From: an uncultured Rhodospirillaceae bacterium
GTDB lineage: Bacteria > Pseudomonadota > Alphaproteobacteria > Micavibrionales > UBA2020
Assembly (NCBI GenBank): GCA_964476835.1
Contig: CAYZCE010000002.1
Coordinates: 100,652 to 164,651 of the forward strand
Direction: 5' to 3'
Length of the DNA stretch: 64,000 bases
Under the pieces are notes generated by a model. It made no database searches. It was not told where the DNA came from and saw only the letters and a program-made list of their open reading frames with translations. This document shows positions 59,272 to 64,000 of the stretch, piece by piece. The stretch's first letter is position 1. Every line of letters begins with the position of its first letter. Position numbers and translations under genes: made by a program.

Positions 59272-60876
59272 CTACTCCAAAATCGCATGTTCGTCGGGGG
59301 CGGACTTACGCTTCGGCTGGCGCAAGAGAAGCAGAAGCGGTATGACGCAAATCGTGATCACCATCATCAGCTTGTAATCGTTGAGGTAGGCGATCTCCGC
59401 CGCCTGCCGCGTCAGCATGCCGTTGATCGCCGCCAAACCTTGCGCCGACCCAGGATCAAGATGTAGCGCGGCATAGGCCGGAGCGTCAAGGTTATAGGGA
59501 GTGATGCGCTCGGCCAGATGGGCATGCAAAACTTGCGTCTTCTGGGTCAACAGGAACTGGACGACTGAAATGCCGATGGCGCTGCCGATATTGCGCAGCA
59601 GGTTGAAGAAAGCCGTGCCTTCGTTGCGCAGCTCGGTCGGCAGCGTGGCAAAGGCAAGCGTCGAGAGCGGCACATAGGACAGCCCGATGCCGAAGCCCTG
59701 CAGCAGGCCACTGACGACGATCGGCGTCGTGTCCATCTGCAGGTTGAAGTTGCTCATCTTCCAAAGCGAGAAGGCGGTGAGCGAGAGCCCGACCGCCATG
59801 ATCTTGCGCGCATCCACCCGGCCGAGCAGGCGCCCAACCAGCCACATCGCCATCATCGTCCCCGCCCCGCGCGGCGCGGTGACGAGGCCGGTAAGCACGA
59901 CGGGGTATTGCATCTCGTTCTGCAGCATCGGCGGGATCAGCGCGAGCGTCGCGAACAGCACGACGCCGATCAGGAAGATGAAGATGTTGGAGGCCAGGAA
60001 GTTGCGGTCGCGGAACAAGGCCGGGCTCAGGAACGGCGCGGGATGCGTCAACGTGTGCACGATAAAGAGATAGAAGGCGATGGCCGCGAGGGAAGCCTCG
60101 ACGACGACCTCCGGCGAGGTGAACCAGTCTTTTAATTCCCCACGGTCGAGCATCAGCTGCATCGCACCGAGGCCGAGGCTGAGCGTCGCGAAGCCGAAGA
60201 AGTCGAACTTGCCGAGTCGTTTCAGCGTATCCGGCATCGAGGCGGAGAGGCCAAGGAAGGCGAGGATGCCGATCGGCACGTTGATATAGAAGACCCAACG
60301 CCAGCTGTAATTCTCGGTCAGCCAGCCGCCGAGCGCGGGACCGAGGATCGGCCCCATCGTCACGCCCATGCCCCAGATCGCCATGGCGCGGCCGTGGTTT
60401 TCGGGCGGGTTGATGTCGAACATCACGGCCTGCGACAAAGGCACCAGCGCCGCGCCGGAAATGCCCTGCAGCAGGCGGAACAATACGATTTCCGGCAGGC
60501 TGGTCGCCATGCCGCAGAGCGCGGAGGCCATCGTGAACCCCGCGATCGAGAGCAAAAACACCTTCTTGCGCCCGAACCGCCCCGCCAGCCAGCCGGTCAG
60601 CGGGATCATGATCGCGGAGGCGATGATATAGGATGTGAGCACCCAGCTCATCTGGTCTTGTGTGCCGGAAAGCGTGCCCTGCATCTTGGGCAGCGCGACG
60701 TTGGCGATGGTGGAATCGATGGCCTGCATGATCGTCGCGGCCATGACGGAAACGGTAATCAGCGCGTGGTTGAGCGGCGGCTCGTCCACATGCTCCTGCG
60801 GCGGCGGCGGTATGGCCGCGCCGATGCCGGCTTCTTCGGCAACTTCTTCGATGACGTCCGGCGATCCGGCGGTCAT
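59272..60876 (-). CDS. emrB: DHA2 (EmrB/QacA) family MFS drug efflux transporter, 14-TMS type (534 aa)
   Basis: DSTIANVALP, W..T.Y, GWLAGRFGRKK, LQG..GA. Confidence 0.85.
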   Translation of the reverse strand: MTAGSPDVIEEVAEEAGIGAAIPPPPQEHVDEPPLNHALITVSVMAATIMQAIDSTIANVALPKMQGTLSGTQDQMSWVLTSYIIASAIMIPLTGWLAGRFGRKKVFLLSIAGFTMASALCGMATSLPEIVLFRLLQGISGAALVPLSQAVMFDINPPENHGRAMAIWGMGVTMGPILGPALGGWLTENYSWRWVFYINVPIGILAFLGLSASMPDTLKRLGKFDFFGFATLSLGLGAMQLMLDRGELKDWFTSPEVVVEASLAAIAFYLFIVHTLTHPAPFLSPALFRDRNFLASNIFIFLIGVVLFATLALIPPMLQNEMQYPVVLTGLVTAPRGAGTMMAMWLVGRLLGRVDARKIMAVGLSLTAFSLWKMSNFNLQMDTTPIVVSGLLQGFGIGLSYVPLSTLAFATLPTELRNEGTAFFNLLRNIGSAIGISVVQFLLTQKTQVLHAHLAERITPYNLDAPAYAALHLDPGSAQGLAAINGMLTRQAAEIAYLNDYKLMMVITICVIPLLLLLRQPKRKSAPDEHAILE

Positions 60877-60877
60877 G

Positions 60878-61927
60878 TTACAGCACGCCTCCGCGTTCCA
60901 TCCGCGTCTTGCCGGTGTCGACATCGACAAGCGCGCTCAAGCCCGCATGCATGGCAACGCCGGCGTCGGCGTTATCGAGGCTGATGCGCACCGGCAGGCG
61001 CTGCACGACCTTGACCCAGTTGCCCGTCGCGTTCTCCGGCGGCAGCAGCGAGAAGCTGGAACCCGTGCCCGCGCCGAGGCTTTCGACCTTGCCTTTGAAG
61101 ACGCGGCCCGGATAGGTGTCGATGCGGATCGAGGCTTCCTGCCCCGCCTGCATATGCGTCAACTCGGTTTCCTTGAAGTTCGCCTCGACCCACACGTCGG
61201 TCGCGGAGACGATGGCGAAGACCGGCGTGGCCGCCTTGATATAGTTGCCGACCTGCAGCTGCTCCACGCGCGCGGCGATGCCGTCGGCGGGCGCGGTGAC
61301 GATGGTATACGAAAGCTCCAGCTGCACCTTGTCAAGCGCAGCCTGCGCCTGACGGACGGACGGATGCGCGTCGATATCGGCGTCAGGATCGTCGCCGAGG
61401 GAGATGCGCACGTTCTCGCGCCCCTGCTCGGCGCTTGCGAGCTGCTGTTTCGCCTGGTCAAGCGCATGTTGCGCCTTGTCGAGCTGGGATTGCGACGAGA
61501 TGCCTTGCGCCGCCAGCTTTTTCTGGCGGTCGACATCGGTCTGGGTATAGGTGAGCGTGTCGGTCGCCGCCTTCACGTCGGCGGCGCGCTGCAGATAGGT
61601 CGCCTTGAGCGCGGCGATGCGCAGGCGCGCGTCGGCCAGCTTGGCCTTGGCGTCTTCGACGGCGATGGCATAGTCGCGGTCGTCGAGCCTGAACAGCACA
61701 TCGCCCTTCTTGACGGGCTGGTTGTCGTGCACGTCGATCTCGGTCACGCGCCCCGCGATATTGGCGCTGATGTCGGTGCGCGCCGCCTGCATGTAGGCGT
61801 CGTCGGTCGACATGTAGCGGCCGCCGGTCAGGTAGAAATACCCGCCCACGACGAGGAACACGAGGGGGCCCAGGACCAGAAGGATGCGGCGGAGCGGCTG
61901 CAGGCCGCTTTTCTTTTCGTTTTTCAT
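60878..61927 (-). CDS. emrA: HlyD/EmrA-family membrane fusion protein (349 aa)
   Basis: N-terminal TM helix, a lipoyl-like hairpin (V.ANI.G.V.EI.V.DNQ.VKKGDVLF.LD), a coiled coil and a beta-barrel. Confidence 0.85.
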   Translation of the reverse strand: MKNEKKSGLQPLRRILLVLGPLVFLVVGGYFYLTGGRYMSTDDAYMQAARTDISANIAGRVTEIDVHDNQPVKKGDVLFRLDDRDYAIAVEDAKAKLADARLRIAALKATYLQRAADVKAATDTLTYTQTDVDRQKKLAAQGISSQSQLDKAQHALDQAKQQLASAEQGRENVRISLGDDPDADIDAHPSVRQAQAALDKVQLELSYTIVTAPADGIAARVEQLQVGNYIKAATPVFAIVSATDVWVEANFKETELTHMQAGQEASIRIDTYPGRVFKGKVESLGAGTGSSFSLLPPENATGNWVKVVQRLPVRISLDNADAGVAMHAGLSALVDVDTGKTRMERGGVL

Positions 61928-61969
61928 GCGGTTTTCTCCATATTTCCAGTATAGCCTTTTCCCGCTTCT

Positions 61970-61982
61970 GTGATAATATCAC
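61970..61982. promoter_or_regulatory. Perfect palindrome GTGATA-A-TATCAC in the divergent emrA/LysR promoter region
   Basis: Read directly, centred 40 nt upstream of the LysR ATG. It is a candidate LysR-type operator. Confidence 0.4.
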
Positions 61983-62016
61983 ATAATATTAATATACTAT
62001 TCGTCATGGTCGAATA

Positions 62017-62916
62017 ATGCGCGGAACTGAATTCGCCGAACTGCACGCCTTCCTCGCCGTCGCCGAGCGCCGGAGCTTCGCGCGCGCGGCGGAGGCGCTC
62101 AACCTCGCGCCCTCGACGCTCAGCCAGACCATCCGCGCGCTGGAAAAGCGCCTCGACATCCGCCTGCTCAACCGCACGACGCGCAGCGTGTCGCTGACTG
62201 ACGCTGGCGAGAAACTGTACGCCCGCCTGCGCCCCGCCTTCGGCGAAGTTTACGGCGCCGTCGAGGCGACGCGCGACCTGCGCGACAAGCCGGCGGGCAT
62301 CTTGCGCCTCAGCGTCTCAACCATCCCGGCGCACATGATCCTGGCACCGTTGCTCGGCGATTTCCGCGCGGCCTATCCCGACATCACGCTCGACATCGAG
62401 ATCGACGACGCCGGCGGCGACCTCGCCAGCGGCCGCTTTGACGCCGGCATCCGCTACGGCCGCCGCATCGCGCCGCATATGAAGCTGGTCAAGGTCAGCA
62501 ACGAGGCGCGCATCATCGCCGTCGCCGCGCCATCGTATATCAAGGCGCACGGCGCGCCGAAGACGCCCGACGAGTTGCAGAACCACAACTGCATCCGCTA
62601 CCGCATCGCGCCGCAGGAAATCATCGCCTGGGGCTTCGAGAAGAACAAGAAGGCGATCGAGATCGAGGTCAACGGGGGCCTCATCGTCAACAGCCCCGCG
62701 CTGATCGTCGCCGCCGCGCGCGCCGGCGCCGGCATCGGCTACACCATCGAGGAATACGTCGCCGAGGACATCCGCAAGGACACGCTGGTGCCGCTGCTGT
62801 CTGACTGGTCGCCGGTGCAGCACAGCTATTATCTTTACCATGCGAGCAACCCGCGCCTGCCGGCGCCGCTCAAGGTCTTTATCGAGTTCATCCAGTCCCG
62901 CCGGAGGGTCAAGTAA
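62017..62916 (+). CDS. LysR-family transcriptional regulator (299 aa)
   Basis: N-terminal wHTH (FLAVAERRSFARAAEALNLAPSTLSQTIRALE) and a LysR substrate-binding domain. It is divergent from the efflux operon. Confidence 0.9.
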   Translation: MRGTEFAELHAFLAVAERRSFARAAEALNLAPSTLSQTIRALEKRLDIRLLNRTTRSVSLTDAGEKLYARLRPAFGEVYGAVEATRDLRDKPAGILRLSVSTIPAHMILAPLLGDFRAAYPDITLDIEIDDAGGDLASGRFDAGIRYGRRIAPHMKLVKVSNEARIIAVAAPSYIKAHGAPKTPDELQNHNCIRYRIAPQEIIAWGFEKNKKAIEIEVNGGLIVNSPALIVAAARAGAGIGYTIEEYVAEDIRKDTLVPLLSDWSPVQHSYYLYHASNPRLPAPLKVFIEFIQSRRRVK

Positions 62917-64000
62917 TGTCCAAGCGCGGCGTCGTCCTGACGCTCTTCCTTGCCGTGATCAATGCCTATATCGCGTTCTGCATCCTGCGCCGCTGGCCGC
63001 AGGCGGCGGGAATGTGGGGCATCGCGCCGCTGTTCTTTTTGCTGCAACTGCTCGCGCCGATGGGTATGCGGAACTTCCTGCCGCACCTGCGCCTTGCCGC
63101 GCCAAGATGGGCGATGGCGGTCAACTGGGTGTCCTATTCGGCGCTCGGGCTGATGACGATCCTGATGATGTATTGCTTCGTCGCGGATATCGTGCAGTTC
63201 ATCCTCTTCGTCTTCTCGCCGGAAGACATAGATGTGCCGGTGCTGGTCGCGCTTGGCGCGGCCACGTCCCTCACGGTGCTCGCAGGCCTGCGCCATGTGA
63301 TCGGCGGGCCGCAGTTGAAGCGGGTCGATGTTCCTCTCGACAACCTGCCCGCGGCGCTTGACGGCTTCACCATCGCGCAAGTTTCCGACTTGCACCTCGG
63401 CGAAACCTTAGGCGCGGGATATGCGCGGCGCGTGGTCGAGAAGGTCAACAGCGCCAAGCCCGACCTGATCGCGCTGACCGGGGATTTCATGGACGGTACC
63501 GCCCGCAATCTCGCACCCGATGTCGCGCCGCTCAAGGGACTGCACGCGCCGCGCGGCGTCTTCTACATCACCGGCAACCACGAATATTACTGGGGCGCGC
63601 TGGACTGGATCGAGACGTTCCGCCGGCTCGGCGCGCAACCGCTCATCAACGAGCATGTCGTCATCGGCCACAACGGCGCGGCCTTCGTGCTGGCGGGCGT
63701 CACCGACTATGTCATGGGGCGCATGATACCGGGACATGCGTCAAACCCGCATAAGGCCGCCGCGCAGGCGCCGGAGGGGCTGGTCAAGATCCTACTCGCG
63801 CACCAGCCGGGCAGCCGGGTGGAGGCAGAAAAGGCGGGCTTCGCGCTGCAGCTCTCAGGCCATACGCACGGCGGGCAATACTTCCCCTTCACGCAGATGA
63901 TCCGCTTCTTCCACCGCTATTACAAGGGGCTGAACCGCTACAAGGGCATGTGGCTCTATATCAACACCGGCACCGGTTACTGGGGCCCGCCGTTCAAGAC
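62916..64000 (+). CDS. Membrane-anchored calcineurin-like metallophosphoesterase, 3' end outside the window
   Basis: Translated by hand because it is absent from the ORF track (no stop in the window): MSKRGVVLTLFLAV..., then DLHLG, GDFMDG, GNHEYY, GHTHGGQ. The ATG overlaps the LysR stop (TAATG). Confidence 0.8.
   Translation, partial: MSKRGVVLTLFLAVINAYIAFCILRRWPQAAGMWGIAPLFFLLQLLAPMGMRNFLPHLRLAAPRWAMAVNWVSYSALGLMTILMMYCFVADIVQFILFVFSPEDIDVPVLVALGAATSLTVLAGLRHVIGGPQLKRVDVPLDNLPAALDGFTIAQVSDLHLGETLGAGYARRVVEKVNSAKPDLIALTGDFMDGTARNLAPDVAPLKGLHAPRGVFYITGNHEYYWGALDWIETFRRLGAQPLINEHVVIGHNGAAFVLAGVTDYVMGRMIPGHASNPHKAAAQAPEGLVKILLAHQPGSRVEAEKAGFALQLSGHTHGGQYFPFTQMIRFFHRYYKGLNRYKGMWLYINTGTGYWGPPFK

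Overview
This is a GC-rich, gene-dense chromosomal segment. Its gene content points to an alphaproteobacterium: petABC, an NDUFA12-like gene, the MoxR/DUF1285/Nudix/CCA block, and a GTTC-N7-GTTC SOS box. I support about 70 CDS, 2 tRNAs (Met-CAU, Ala-GGC), several intrinsic terminators and a few operator-like sites. I saw no rRNA, CRISPR array, transposase or integrase. Blocks from left to right: (1) reductive pyrimidine / beta-alanine catabolism (aminotransferase, mmsA, preT, preA, a coupled unknown gene, dihydropyrimidinase); (2) a DUF2946 / outer-membrane protein / CopC copper-type module; (3) mnmA, a membrane-fused spermidine-synthase-like gene, tRNA-Met, a DUF1566 gene and a HemN-family radical SAM gene; (4) an OmpR/histidine-kinase pair followed by a translationally coupled GCS2 ligase + ATP-grasp pair; (5) housekeeping genes (NMO, GNAT, hemF, trmL); (6) petABC running without gaps into a Na/Pi-cotransporter-family gene, four tandem ankyrin-repeat paralogues and a GNAT; (7) aat, DUF2155, mlaD, NDUFA12-like, moxR, DUF1285, Nudix, cca, thpR, BI-1 and tRNA-Ala; (8) DUF748, a 1081-aa autotransporter, a 3xPAS soluble MCP and a PRC-barrel protein; (9) an SOS-box-preceded Y-family polymerase / HDAC-family / EpmA-like cluster; (10) a chemotaxis operon (globin-coupled MCP, cheY, cheZ, cheA, cheW, cheB, cheR); (11) cydAB, an emrAB-OMF efflux system with a divergent LysR, and a partial metallophosphoesterase. 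The best candidate for an undescribed system is the four-gene ankyrin array at 26350-28581. All four proteins share an N-terminal motif and a basic Pro/Lys C-terminal tail. Each gene ends Pro-TGA inside an ATGA overlap with the next start, and the array is fused onto the cytochrome bc1 operon. Secondary candidates are the HDAC + EpmA-like pair and the GCS2 + ATP-grasp pair. All homology calls come from motif recognition by eye; no database search was run.
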